This document shows positions 13,612 to 27,457 of a stretch of DNA of 64,000 bases, piece by piece. Source of the DNA: the human T2T-CHM13v2.0 reference genome, Homo sapiens. Under the pieces are notes generated by a model, which did not search any database, was not told the origin of the DNA, and saw only the letters and a list, made by a program, of their open reading frames with translations. How positions within the stretch are numbered: position 1 is the stretch's first letter; every line of letters begins with the position of its first letter. The position numbers were made by a program, and so were the translations under genes. The stretch lies in assembly GCF_009914755.1 (NCBI RefSeq), contig NC_060928.1; one strand, given 5' to 3'.

Positions 13612-14119
13612 CAGTTGACTCAGGAATAACATGGGATGAACTGCGTAAGTCCATTTATTGGAGGATTTTTTTTCAATAAAAGTTACACTGAATGTGCCTG
13701 CCTCTCCCGCCTCCCTTTCCACCTCTTCCCTGTCATCCACTTCTGCCACCCCTGAGACAGCAAGAAGGACCCTTCTTCTTCCTCCTCTTCCTCAGCCTAC
13801 TCAGTGTGAAGACTATGAGGATGAAGACCTTAATGATGATCCATTTTCACTCAATAAATAGCAAATATATTTTCCCTTCCTTATGATTTTCTTAATGACA
13901 TTTTATTTTCTCTAGATTACTTTATTGTAAAAATAAAGACCTATAATGTAAATTATGTGTTTGTTGCTGTTTACATTATTAGTAAGTCTTTTTATTAGTA
14001 AGGTGTTATCAGTATGTTATTAATAGTTACATTGTGAGAGAGTCCATAGTTATACATGGATTTTTGATTGCATGAGGGGTGTAAGAGCCCTTAATCCCTA
14101 CATTGTTCAATGGTAATTA
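13612..14119. mobile_element. Tigger2a/MER28-type TcMar DNA transposon relic
   Basis: TA followed by CAGTTGAC terminal inverted repeat at left, ...cattgttcaatggtaatta at right. Internal cctgagacagcaaga...ctcagcctactcagtgtgaagac...gatgaagacctt is typical of Tigger2. Confidence 0.85.
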
Positions 14120-14984
14120 TACTACAAAAATTATTTGTCATTTCTCTAAAATTCAAATATAACTGGGAAACCAGTATTTTACCTGGTAACCCTACAGCCC
14201 TACCGATGCCCTCCCTTCTCTGCCCCCACTCCACCACCTTTTCCCATCTTACTGTTGCTTCAAAGTCTCCCTCAAATTCCACTTTCTCCATGAGAACTTT
14301 CACAGTTTTCCTAACCAGATGAAAACTCTCTCTCATTTGATGCCCTACTGCAATTTAATCTTACAAATTGAAATTCATAACTCTCTTACAATGTTTTATC
14401 TTTCTGTAGTCATTTTCCACTGATGTACAGGATTGTGTATTTGTTGAAAATGTGAATTGTATTTCCTTAAACTTTGTATCCTCTCTCTCAAACCAAATAG
14501 ATGCCCAATAAATGTTTGTAGAAATGAAATTAAAAATTGTAGGATGCAGTCACCTGATTCACAATAGTTGTCAGCTGCAACATTTTCTATATCTACATGA
14601 TGGCTTGTAACCAAAGAGCAATTATCACTATTAATGACCAGATGTATTCTGCCTCTTCTCCAAACATGGTCCAGATGGTTGCATACACTTATTCTCTCCA
14701 AGCCCCAGCCATGTGCGCGCTGAAACACTGTGTTTATCTTTCCCTGAAAATGGCAGGCACGGAGGAATTTAATTCTGAGAAGACATTTAGTGGAGCATTT
14801 AACCTCCTTGAAAAAAAAAATGCCTTTTTAAATTTTTTGCCTTCTCCTCCTAGCCCCTACAATTGCTTTTCTTTCAAAGTTCCACAGTGATCCTTCCTTC
14901 TTCTTTTACCAGACGTGAGCCCAGGGCCAGGTGGTTTTGAGGAATTAAAAATGAATGTGTGCAAACAGCTAGTGGAATGAGGAA

Positions 14985-15367
14985 TGCTGTGGTTTGAATG
15001 TTTGTTTCCTCCAAAACTCATATGGAAATGTAATTGCCATTGTGACAGTTTGGAGAGCAGAGATATTTAAGGGGTGACTAGGTCATAAGGGCTCCATCCT
15101 TGCAAATGGACTAAAGCTTTTCATGGGAGTTGGTGTGCCCCCTCTAGCATATGTGTTTTGTCTCCCGTGCCCACTTTCTCTCTTTCTTGCTCTCTCAATT
15201 TCCCCTTCTGCCATCCTATGATTCAGCAAGAAGGCCCTACCAGATGCAGCTCCCTAGGGAATCTTGGATTGCTCAGCCTCCAGAACTGGGAGCCAGTAAA
15301 TTTCTGTTTATTATAAATTACCCAGTTCATGGTATTCTGTTATAGCAACACAAAATGGACTAAGATG
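14985..15367 (+). mobile_element. Solo MaLR LTR (MSTC/MSTD-like)
   Basis: Begins tgctgtggtttgaatgtttg...ccaaaactca and ends ataaattacccag...tatagcaacacaaaatggactaaga. Confidence 0.85.
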
Positions 15368-16121
15368 GGAAGTGAAAAGCCTTCCATTCCAATACTGCTC
15401 CACATCAGGTCTCTGTACTTGTGTTGTTGAGTGTGTATGTAGGTCTGTTATGCATACATTGTAAGTATATACAGAGTGAGATGTACATACAGTATCATTT
15501 TAACTAATATTAGTGGCAATTGTATCATGAAATTTAACCAAAACCCATGTAAATAAGTAATTGAAAATATATTATATAACAGACACAATGCTTAATGCTC
15601 ACCTATATTGTCGTATGTCATCTTTACTGCAACACTATGAGCTATGTACTACTATTAAGCTAATACTAAAGATTCCAACACTGGGAGATCAAAAGTAAAT
15701 TTTACTGTCTCATAATTTGTTACTTCTTTACTTTTTAAAAGTAGGTCCCAAAGAGTACACACATTGCATTTGGCTGCTAAATCGTTAACATTCACATCTC
15801 TTTTACTCTACAGTTTCTTCTCTTCCCTTTTTAGCCCCCCTTGTAAATTATTTTTTGAAGAAATGATGTCATGTTTGTGATTATATTCCCTTATTGTAAA
15901 TGTCTTTCTCTATCTCCATCTCCTATATTAAGACTTGATCAGATTTAGATTACCTGCTTTTAGGGTTGTGTTTTGGCAAGACTGCTTCATAGGCAGTATA
16001 GTATACTTCTATGAAGGGACCCAAAATGCCTGACTGTCTTCTTTGATGATACGAAGATTGATGAGCAGATTCAGATATATTGACAGCGTGATCTATCCAC
16101 TTATATTAATTTTAATGTAAT

Positions 16122-16546
16122 TGTATTACTTCGCTGGGGCTGCTGTAGCAAAGTACCACAAACTGGATAACTTAAACAGTAGAAATTTATAGTCTCACAG
16201 TTCTGGAAGCTAGAAATAAAAAATCAAGGTGTTGGCAGAATTGGTTCATTTTGAGGGCTCTGAGGAGAAGGTCTGTTTCAGACCTCTCTTTTTGGTGCAT
16301 AAATAGCCATCTTCCCCCTGTGTCTCCACATAATCTTCCCTCTATGTGTATTTGTACTTAAATGTCCCCCTTTTGTAAGGACACCAGCCATCACCAGTCA
16401 TATTGGATTAGGACCCACCCTAATGATCTCACTTCAACTTGATTACCCCTCTAAAGACTCTATTTTCAAATAAGGTCATATTCTAAGTCACGGAGGTTTA
16501 GGACTTCCACATATGAATTTGACGAGACACAATTCAACCCATAATA
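16122..16546 (-). mobile_element. Solo MaLR LTR (MLT1B/C-like)
   Basis: tgtatta...gctgctgtagcaaagtaccacaaactgg...ctcacagttctggaagctagaa...cacaattcaacccataata. Confidence 0.85.
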
Positions 16547-16832
16547 GCAACTGATAATAATTTTCTAAACCTATTTAGCATTTGCAAAATGGAGATATTC
16601 TATCATCTCTTCTTTATTTATGAACTATACTACTCTCTAAAAAAGGACTGAACTCACTGACTATTTGATTATCTTGAGGTAGAGTTTGTACAGTGAAAGC
16701 AGGATAAATGCTTGACTGCTTCCTCTTATTTAGCAGTTTTCTAAACAAGTTATTTTCCATAAAATCTTCCAAATGTGACCACCAAGGGTTAGTATTTTGT
16801 TGTCTCATATTCTTATACCTTCCTTTGTTTAA

Positions 16833-17204
<372 letters not shown>

Positions 17205-17783
17205 TTGAAAGCATTTTTAGCCCAAGTCTTCTCACTCCAGAGTCTACACTCTCAGCCCTGGCATAAGGCATCTTACTGTCCCTGCACATCATTTCTAGGA
17301 AGACAGTTGTCTATGTATGGTGATTTCACTGCTCACCATTATAGAAATGAAACTAACTGCAGAAGGTAGACAGCCTAAATGGGAGTAGCTCTGCCAAGTG
17401 TGTGAGCTTTTAAAAAAATGTATACAATTTTTTTGGCTTTTCTAATTCATACTAATGATTCTAAATTACAAAGAGAAGCCATTCTGCTTCAGATTTTGGA
17501 AATGAGTCTAATGTTAACTAAAAACCTGTGACCTGATGAGGATTTTGATAACTCCTCTACCATATTTGTTTACCTGGCTCTATTTCGAATCAATTTTTTT
17601 ATATTCTTGGCAGTGTCTGACCACGGATTGTGTGTGAGAATAAAATCAATGGCTACACTTACTGAATGTAAAAGAAAGACGAGTTTTTCACTATTCCTTG
17701 GAGAATCATCTCATCTTGCCTTAGTCTTCATGATAAAGCAAAGTAAAAAATATGGGCAATTATCTTGATAATACAGATCCACT

Positions 17784-17842
17784 ACACACACACACACACA
17801 CACACGCACACACACACACACGCACACACGCACACACACACA
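17784..17842. repeat. (CA)n microsatellite with CG interruptions
   Basis: About 59 bp of uninterrupted purine-pyrimidine alternation. Confidence 0.95.
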
Positions 17843-20031
17843 TTATTGATTTTTAAAGCAGTTTGGGGTCCTAAATGTCTAACATTAGCTCTCTGTATTG
17901 ATTATCCACAGTGAAAGAAATTGTTTCTCTCTTCTACAGACTTTCCCTGTAGAGAAGAAATTATGATTACATTCAAAAGTCCTGGGCAGATCTCACAAGG
18001 CTTACTGTGAGATATGCTAGGTAAAAATACTGTGCGGTTGATTGCAGGAAATAAATATGAGAGTTGATGTAGTATTTGCAGAGGAAGCTTGGCTGTTATT
18101 GACAAATGCATCTTGTTAAGAGAAAGAAACCTGCTATTTCAAATGGAAGAGAGAAACAGCAGACCGTACATAAAGAATAGGTAACTCAGTTTATTAGAAA
18201 GAATGCCTGGAGACTTTACAATTCCCACTAAAGGACACAGTGTTGATATTCCCCTCACAGTTTAGTTGGCTTGTATTTTAGAGTTTCATCACTGGAGTAG
18301 AGAGAAAGCTATTCAAAATGTTCTCCAGTGAAAGAACTGCAATTTTTGCCTCTCAAAGTTTTTATTTTGATGTTCTTTATTCATTTATGTATATGGAAAA
18401 CTTTATAATTAAATGATATTACGATATCTTTTTTGGTATATATGGCATTGTAACCAAGTAAAACATTAAATGAGCAACTGAAATAATTATGCAGTTATTA
18501 CAGCTATTGTGTGAGTATGTTATTTGTGGATGTATCATTGTGATTAAACCTTCCTAATTAAATTAATGCAGAAGATTAAATACAAACAGTAACCAAAAAA
18601 ATAAGAGCTACATCTCCCCAAATTCCTGACCTTGATTGTATGTCTCGTGGAAGAATATCAAATGTCAGTTCTCAAAAAAAAAAGAAAAGACTTAGATAAA
18701 GAATGTAAGAAAAAAAGGAAGGAAGGAAAAGAAAAGAAAAAACAAATATCTCAGAAATGTTATGAATTTTACATCTTAGTTATATTATTAGAAATGACAC
18801 CACTTCTTGAGAAGATGTATCAGATTCTGAAAACCATTTATGAAATTTTTCAAGTAGTCTTCTGCAGGACTCTCATCTTATTTCATTAAACCGTCATTTC
18901 AAATTTAGTATTTTAGTACCACTTCCATGATTTTTGCCACAACTGCACATCATTAAAAAATATTGACTTGTTTATTATTTATGTATGTATTGATGTGTAT
19001 ACATGTATAAATTCATACATATTTTTAAAGAAAACTTTCATTAGCTCTTTATATGGGAAATCATTATGTTTAAATATACATCTAAGCAACGCATTTTATT
19101 AAAATTAAAAAATTTGTATTCATGTTCCATTTACAATGATAGTTCCTCATTTATAGAATTGAGATAATACTATCGCCTATGTAACACATGTTGCTTACAT
19201 CATCATTATCAAAATAAAAGCCTAAGTTTTCCTTATAAACTTTTTGAGCACGATATTAAAGCTAGGTTTGCTTCAATCAATAGTATGTATCCCAGATTGT
19301 GAAATAGTCATCCAGAAGCCACCATTTGGCTGGGTTGCAATTCAACTTCTATTTTATGTATATTTTATGTATCAAAGAGTGTTTCTTAAGCCTAAAATTC
19401 CACTGTCGTTTGTATATCAAATATAATAATAAGCCTGGTATGTCATTTCTTATTTTCAAGTGTTATGGCACTATAACACTCTAGATATAGAGGTGTCCTA
19501 TTTTGTATCCATGTAACATGCTGTTTATGGATTACGCAGCATCCCATCATCATTTTGGAAACAGTACTTTACTTTACACTAAAACAGAATGTCACAGAGG
19601 ATTTCTGGAATGATAAGTACCATTAAAATACAATAAACATATTTTTAAGGCTAGAGCATTTAGAAAAATATTGGCTTATTTTTGTATATCAATCTAAGTA
19701 ATCTGATTGAAGTTAATAGGATATATTTGCAGTAAGCTTAATATTGCTTTGTTACACCTAAAAAAGTAATCGAACAACAAGTACCATATTTACAGGAAGT
19801 AGTGCCTCATCCTCCTGAGTGGTTCAACTCACAAAACACATTTTGAGAAGAAAATAGGCTTTGCCTAAATAACTCTTGTTTTCCTTACCCCTGCTTGTAA
19901 ACTGTGAGTGTTGCTCACTAAGTAGAGCATGCTTTGGCCTTTCCAGCACATGCAGTTCTACTAAATAAGCAGCTTTATGTTTAATGAAGTAGGCCTTGCA
20001 TTTCTATATCTTCTAGGACAAGTTTAGATTT

Positions 20032-20034
<3 letters not shown>

Positions 20035-20062
<28 letters not shown>

Positions 20063-20314
20063 GAGATGGAGTCTTCCTATGTCGCCCAGGCTGAAGTGCA
20101 GTGGCACGGTCTCAACTCGAAGCAACCTCCACCTCCCAGGTTCAAACGAGTATCCTACCTCAGCCTCCCATGTAGCTGGGATTACAGGCATGCGCCACCA
20201 TGCTCAGCTAATTTTTGTGTTTTTAGTAGAGACGGAGTTTCACCATGTTGGCCAGGCTGGCCTTGAGCTCCTGACCTCAGATGATCCACCTGCCTCGGCC
20301 ACCCAAAGTGCAGG
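20035..20314 (-). mobile_element. Alu (AluS-like), antisense, slightly 5'-truncated, T28 tail
   Basis: 28 T followed by antisense Alu that stops at ...acccaaagtgcagg, lacking the first ~30 nt of the consensus. Confidence 0.93.
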
Positions 20315-21480
20315 TTTATCTTTTCTAAATCTTTTTTCTTCTTTTTAATAAAGACAGGGATAGAGCTATTAGGGTAGAGCCCACCTGTAACAAAACCACA
20401 AAGAACTGGAGCTGAGAGAGCTGCCTGGTCCATTTTCTTCTATTTGCAAAGTAGTGGTAACCATTTCAAGATAGTAACAATAACAAAAATTCATGTAAAT
20501 TCTATTTTTTAATTAAATTCCCAAATTCTTACCCCTTTTTAAATAAAGTTGTATAAAGTTGCTTAAAGCTGAGTTAGTTGTTTGTTCGTTTTAAACACCA
20601 AAGGATTATTGAAGAGAGAAATTTTTTGTTCTACAATACAAACATCTGCTTTGAATATTTAGATGATTAAACTTCAGTAACTAAGTGGAATCTGAGGATT
20701 AATGAGCCCCTTAAGGTGTTATCACCGTATATATGTTATTTACATGTCTCTGCCTTTTCAACTAAAGTATGGACAACACTAGGACAAAGGAATTTCATCT
20801 CTTTTGGTTCAAGAATATCTTATTTTCCAGCACAACAGACATAGGGCCTGACAACTATTCAACATTTTCTGAAAATATTTAAGACATGAAACACAAGGCT
20901 TAATGGCACAAAAATGGAAAACTGATATCAAAATTAAAATTATTCATTAAATGCCTCCAAATGTGACATGATATCTACAAGTCACTTCCAGATTTTAAAA
21001 AATCACAAAACTCAAAATTCTAAGTTATTTTAAAAGTGATGTCTGCTGCATTTGTTCAGAAGTGCCTCAGGCCCAAAAATTGTTCCCAAAGACCTCACTC
21101 ATGCTTCGTTTATTTGAGTTTTCTACCTGTTCTTGTGCCCCTGTTCTCTCTTCTTCCTGTTGTATCCTACATATCGTTAGCTGATTTGCTTTTCTAAAGT
21201 GCAATTTCATCACACTGCTGCCCTGCTCAGAAACAGATTGATTCTCCATTATCCACCACATCAAGTTGAAATTCCTCTCCAGACTTGACACTTCTCAATT
21301 AAATCTACCCTTGTTACATAGTCTCAAACATAGTCTCTGATTTTGCCTAACCATGAAACTTTATATCACAACTATTGTTTTTCCTTCATTTTCCTTAATT
21401 ACTAATCAGAATTTTAATTCCAAGTCTCTGTTCAATTGTTCCCTTTTTTGTTTTTTTTGTTCCCTTTTCTGGCTTCTTGA

Positions 21481-21783
<303 letters not shown>

Positions 21784-21987
21784 TAACTCAACAATAAATA
21801 TTTTTCATTTTCCTTTTAACTGTACACTGCTCATCTTCCAACTTCTATAACTACTTCAACTCTTGTAGATACCCCTCCTCACAGTTCTATAGAAATTGGA
21901 AATCTTACCATATAGCATATAATTATAAAATGTTTAATTAGATATTGTTTCACAGGTATTAGTCTGATCTCTTCAAAAATAGTTTAA

Positions 21988-22145
21988 AGATGGTCCCCAA
22001 CTTATAATCATTTGACTTAGATGATTTTTTTTTTACTTGATGATAGGTTTATTGGGGATTCTAAATGCATTTTTAACTCAAGGTATTTTTCGCTTACTAT
22101 GGGTTTATTGAGACATATTGCCATCACAAGTTGCAGAGCATCTGT
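21988..22145. mobile_element. Short TcMar-Tigger MITE (MER47/Tigger5-like)
   Basis: Imperfect terminal inverted repeats agatggtccccaacttat... and ...cacaagttgcagagcatctg followed by TA. Confidence 0.65.
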
Positions 22146-22246
22146 AATCTTCTTGTGTCATTCTTAGGATTTTTGCTGGGTAGGGTATTTCAAAGGCTCC
22201 TGTTTGACATATTCAGTTGTCAGTTGTCAGTGCCCTGCACTATAGG

Positions 22247-22640
22247 CTTCCTCCCTCCCTCCTTCCCTCCCTTCCCTCCCTCCCTTCCTTCTTTCCTTCC
22301 TTCCTTCCTTCTTTCCTTCCTTCCTTCCTTCTTTCCTTCCTTCCCTCCTCCTTCCTTCCTTCTTTTCTTCCTTCCTTTCATCATTCCTTCCTTCCTCCCT
22401 TCCTTCCTCTCTCTTCCTTCTTTCTTCCTTCCTTCCTCCCTCCCTCCTTCCCTCCCTCCCTTCTTTCCTTCCTCCTTTCCTCCCTCCCTTGTTTGTTTCC
22501 TTCCTTCCTTCCTCTTCCTTCCCCTTCTTTCCTTCCTTTCTTCTTTCCTCTCTCTTTTCTTCTTTCTTTATCTTTCTTTCTTTTCTTTCTCTCTCTCTCT
22601 TTCTTTCTTTCTTTCTCTCTTTCTTCTCTTTCTTCTTTCT
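22247..22640. repeat. Homopyrimidine (TTCC/CTCC/TTTC/CT)n low-complexity tract
   Basis: About 390 bp almost purely C/T on the + strand. Confidence 0.95.
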
Positions 22641-22760
22641 AATAGAAATGAGGTCTTCCTATGTTGCTCAGGCTTGTCTCAAACTCCTGGCCTCAAGCAA
22701 TCCTCTGCCTTGGCCTCCCCAGATGCTGGGATTACAAGCATGAATCATCACCCCCAGCCC
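22641..22760 (-). mobile_element. Free left Alu monomer (FLAM-like), antisense
   Basis: tagaaatgaggtct...aaactcctggcctcaagcaatcctctgccttggcctccc...gggattacaagcatga; single arm only. Confidence 0.85.
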
Positions 22761-23639
22761 TGTAATCTTTTTTAAAAGAGTCTGTTCCTTGTATTTCTTT
22801 TTCCTACAATGCACACTATAGTTAGCACATATTAAGCAAATGGTAAGTGGTTATTTACTTATTTTTAAATCTCAACTTAGAAAGTGTCTACTCTTAACAC
22901 TATCTCCCTGATGGCTTTGGCTTTTATGTAGTCAGGTTTACTAGATTTTAAGGAGAAAGTTAACCCCTTATATGAAACTGGAACCTTATATGAAAATAAA
23001 ACTACTTGCACGAAAATTATTAATTCTAATGATTAAGGTTCTTCAACAGCCCATGAGTAGGGGATTTCCTCCTAAGAGTATAAAGTGCATTGAGATATGA
23101 GAAATATGTGTGCAGTATTATGGATAATACTTTTTCACTGTGGGCCAACCTACAGATACACACATGAATGTTGTCTCTTCACAATATTTCCCTCAGAAAG
23201 CTATATGCTTAGTCTGTCAGTACTGCTGCACTTAAAATATGTTCACAACCCTGCTGTAGAAATTCCCTTTGAACTCTTGGCCACTTGTTTAAATATTCAA
23301 GGTGGTAGCAAATTGTTACACTGAAGGTGATTATTGGAAATAAGTAAGAGTAGAAAAATAAATTAATGGATAACATTTTTAGTCAAAAATTAGGTGCATA
23401 ACTTGTACACAACTAATTTTTCTTATATTGTTCATAAAATAACTATAAATGCATTTCTAAATGAACGTTGAAAATACCATTAGCAAAGGGAGCACACAAA
23501 TGAATTCTTTTGTGCCTCTTCAATAGGACCATATTGAAGAGTCCAAATGTATTTGGGTATATTATACCCATTACTTAGTTCAGGTGGTGTATTATGAACG
23601 AGCAGAGTCAGAAAACAGAACTATTCAACTTCTATATGA

Positions 23640-24180
23640 TAGGTAATGAAAATTGCATTTCATCTAGAATGGTTAAGGCAAGCATGATTTAGAATTTATT
23701 AAAACAAAGATAATTAACACATTATAGAAGGACACAGTTATTGAGAGAGGTAGAAATTAGTGCACTGATTGATTTGCTCATAGTTTAGATGTGGGTTGTG
23801 AAAAAAATAGAGTAGTCAGTATGTTTATAAGGTTTTTGACCCAAGGAACTGAAAGAACAGACTTGAGGAAAACTGTAGACAAAATACTTCTGGAGATAAA
23901 CTAAAGATCTCTGTTTTGGAAATGTTATTTTTGAAATGCCTGTAGACGTGTAAGTGGAGAGGTTGATTGGCAGTTGCAGAAGTTTGAGGTCTAAGAGGGA
24001 GACCTAGATTTGGAGTAATTAGTATATAATGGCCTTGGTGACTGTATTATTTCACCAAGGAAGAGAGCATAGATAAAATGGAGATGAGGTCCAATGTCAA
24101 GAAAAAGGAGAAGTATTTCAACATTTAGAGTTAGGAAGAAAAGGCAGAATTAACAAAAGGAGCCAAAAATGGAAGCTTAG
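23640..24180 (-). mobile_element. Degraded L2 LINE (approximate)
   Basis: G/A-rich tract with ttagatgtggg...gttttggaaatgttatttttgaaatgcctgtagac...aagtggaga. Confidence 0.65.
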
Positions 24181-24299
24181 CCTTGGACCATTCATTCTTC
24201 ATAATGGCAGAGAAGGAAAGGCTCCAAGTACAAACTGGAACAGATGGGTCCATGTGGTGGTAACATATAATCATCACAATGATTTCTTAAGATAGACAG

Positions 24300-24436
24300 T
24301 CACATTTCATTCCTTCTAAAATGAAGAAACTGAGGCAGTAACAAGTAACTTGCTTAAGATCAGATAGCTGGAAAATAACTGAGCCTGAATTTGAAACCAG
24401 TCATCTGATTTCATGGCCTACAGGCTCAACCACTAT
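24300..24436 (-). mobile_element. MIR SINE
   Basis: atgaagaaactgaggcag...aagtaacttgcttaagatcagatagctgg...gaatttgaaaccag. Confidence 0.7.
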
Positions 24437-24459
24437 TTTAATAGAAATATAAGTTGAGC

Positions 24460-25400
24460 ACAAGGTCAGGTCTCATGTACTGTTTTCTCAGTCCTGGATA
24501 ACACATTTTAAGAACATCATTGACAATCCAGAGGCCACTGAGAACACAACTGAAATGGCAAAGGACTTGGAACTCTGTCCATATGCAGCATAGATAACGA
24601 AGCACTGAAGATTGTCTCTCTTAGACCTTTTTATCTTCAAAGCCACAGATCAGATGGAATATAGTTGCTTGTGTTAAATAATGTAAGAATAAAATAACTA
24701 TAGTTTTAAGTAATATTTGAGAAACCTGGGGGTAAATGTGGGCAGAACTAGAGAAGAGGGGCCTGAAAAAGAGCCTAGCTACTACAGAAATATAACTCAC
24801 CTGAAAGATTTGAAAGTCTATCATTTCAAAGAAAGCTTAGACTTACACTGTGTTGCTTCCAGCAGAAGATCAATGACGAACTTGTGGAAGCTTCAAAGAA
24901 TATGTTAGTTCTACTTGCTTACCTTAGTGACCCTAATGTGAAAAATGTTCACTCTAAAGAAATTTTGCTGCATAACTATTCAAAAATGGAACCAATGACT
25001 TGTTACTAGTGTCTCTTCAGAGGTAGGTAACCTGGTAAAAAAGAAAGAACTTCAGATTTGGAATCAAATGAGAACCAGTTCCATTATTTTTGGTAGAATG
25101 ACCTAAAACTGACTCCTCAACTTCTCTGAGCCTCAGTTTCCTCACTTATAAAGTGGCTGTAATGATATCCATCTTTCAAATTCCTATGAGAACTATTATG
25201 TGTGAAATAAGAACAGTGGTTTTTTTTTTTTTTTTTTCATGTTTCTGTTTGTTTTTTCTCTCATTCCAACCTCTCCATCACTAGGAATGTTTGTTAAACT
25301 CTGTTTAGGCTAGTACAGGCACATGTCTGGAATGCTGCAAAAAGGGATTTGGGTTCCGAGTGTGAGGCTGATTAAATGGATTAGGATGTATATTATAACT
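24460..25400 (+). mobile_element. L3/CR1 LINE 3' region, interrupted by L2 (~24620-24790) and MIR (~25020-25200) fragments
   Basis: acacattttaagaacatcattgacaatccagagg...ggacttggaactctgtccatatg and gatttgaaagtctatcat...ttagacttacactgtgttgcttccag resemble the end of CR1/L3 ORF2 and its 3' UTR. Confidence 0.55.
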
Positions 25401-25424
25401 CCATGTTGCTATAGAACTAAGATT

Positions 25425-25650
25425 AAAAGGATGGATGTTGGTGGAAGCCAGTCTTTGGATATGATTACCTAAGTTTCCAATATGTCAGTTATATGACCTT
25501 GGGCACAATCACCTGTGTATGCCACAGTTTCTTCAATATGATCATCATAGTACCAAAGGGGCATACTCATTGAGATCATTAAATGAGAAAATGCATTCGG
25601 AATGAGTAGCAAAGTGCCTGTCATCTAATAAACACTCAATGAATGGGAAC
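25425..25650 (+). mobile_element. MIR SINE
   Basis: atgaccttgggcac...cagtttcttca...gatcattaaatgagaaaatgca...agtgcctg...cactcaat. Confidence 0.7.
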
Positions 25651-26377
25651 TATGTCTATTCTTAGAAATTGCTCTCTGGGTTAAGAGTCTATCTCTTTAA
25701 TGTGTTGTTCCACTTCCTGAGGAGGTTCTGCTACTTTCAAGATTAAATGGAAGGCTCTCTCATGGTCCTTATAGAATCCTTTGCATTACCTTTGATGATA
25801 TCCGCTCCTGTCCTTTAGAATCTCTCCAGGTTTGTTCAAATGGGACAATGAAGAGGAATTTCATTCTTTTGTACGTGCTGAGACTTTTGTCATTGGATTA
25901 GTGGAGCTAAAGAAGAATAAAGCCATTATCTTGGTGGAGGAAACTGTTATTGCTCATTATTTTCAAGTATTATGTACTTTGGTCTTTTGTGTCACAGGAT
26001 AATTCTGTACCAAAGAAGCTGTATGTGCTGAAAATATAAAGAGTCATTTTTATTCACCCCATATAAAAAGGGCAACGATGAATGCCATTTTTAGAAAAGA
26101 TAAAGAGTCTTTGAAGATCAGCCTTCTTTCTTTCTTTTATCTAGAAATACACATGCCAAATGAGATGCCAAGAACTTTATTTCCTGCTAAGAAGCTTAAG
26201 AAAATTAGGAACGATGGTTGAATGTAGCATTTATGGTTGAATGTAGAGAAAATACAGTATAATGAGTCGCTTTGTTCCAGGTTCCAATTTCATGTTCTGT
26301 TTTTATCTCCATCCTTATTGGCAAGAAATGTAACATGTTAGTACAGCATGGCTATAAAAATAATGGGCCATACTTTT

Positions 26378-26940
26378 TTTATACATACTTTAAGTTCTGG
26401 GATACATGTGCAGAACATGCAGGTTTGTTACATAGGTATACATGTGCCATGGTGGTTTGCTGCACCCATCAACCCATCATCTGTATTAGGTATTTCTCCT
26501 AATGTTATCTCTCCCCTAGCCCCTCACCCCCTGACAGGCCCCAGTGTGTGATGTTCCCCACCCTGTGCCCATGTGCTCTCATTGTTCACCTCCCACTTAT
26601 GAGTGATAATATGTGATGCTTGGTTTTCTGTTCTTGTGTTAGTTTGCTGAGAATGATGATTTCCAGCTTCATCCATGTCCCTGCAAAGGACATGAACTAT
26701 CCTTTTTATATCACATTTTCTTTATCCAGTCTATCATTGAAGGGCATAGTTCAAACATTGTGGAAGACAGTGTGGCGATTCCTCAAGGATCTAGAACCAG
26801 AAATAACCATTTGAACCAGCAATCCCATTACTGGTTATATACCCAAAGGATTATAAATCATTCTACTGTGAAGACACGTGCACACGTATGTTTATTGCAG
26901 CACTTTTCACAATAGCAAAGACTTGGAACCAACCCAAATG
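26378..26940 (-). mobile_element. 5'-inverted L1PA insertion (3' end on - strand 26378-26747; inverted ORF2 piece on + strand 26748-26940)
   Basis: Antisense L1PA 3' UTR joined to sense ...tgtggaagacagtgtggcgattcctcaaggatctagaac...; 16-bp TSD AATGGGCCATACTTTT at 26362-26377 and 26937-26952. Confidence 0.93.
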
Positions 26941-27360
26941 GGCCATACTTTTAAGTCATTTACTTTTACCAACATATATGTTTTACTTGCTTTCAATGTC
27001 TTTGAAGACACAAAATAAAAAAATAGCAAAATAACTTTCCTATATAGTATGTTTTAAGGAAAGTAGACAACAGTGCTCAGTTAGATAGGCATGGTGGTAA
27101 ATAGGACCATATCTCAATTACTTCAGGATCTGAAATAGTGCTGGAGAAACCTTCCTCTCCTGACCTTCAGCATCTGTAAGAACAAATTTGGGAAGAGATG
27201 CTCAAATGCTCACTAACCTGTGCCTTGACTCTATTTTCTGGTTTTCTTCCCTTTCTTAACTCTATTAGTGAAATTAAAATTAGCATTGAAATCAAGTAAG
27301 CCTTGACTCCAAATTACTATTGCTAGAACTTTAATATTCATCCATTAAGATAAGATTATG

Positions 27361-27457
27361 CTATTTAGGAGGCTGAGGCAGTAGAATTGCTTGAGCACAT
27401 GAGTTCCAGACTAGCCTGGGCAGCATAGCCAAACCCAGTCTCAAAAAAGAAAAAAAT
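27361..27457 (+). mobile_element. Alu monomer fragment with A-tail
   Basis: ggaggctgaggcagtagaattgcttgagc...agcctgggcagcatag...tctcaaaaaagaaaaaaa. Confidence 0.8.

Noticed and set aside
22131-22775. 214-aa and overlapping 141-aa ORFs rich in F/L/P/S
   Set aside because: Artefact of the stop-free C/T tract plus an Alu monomer; no splice signals or domain.
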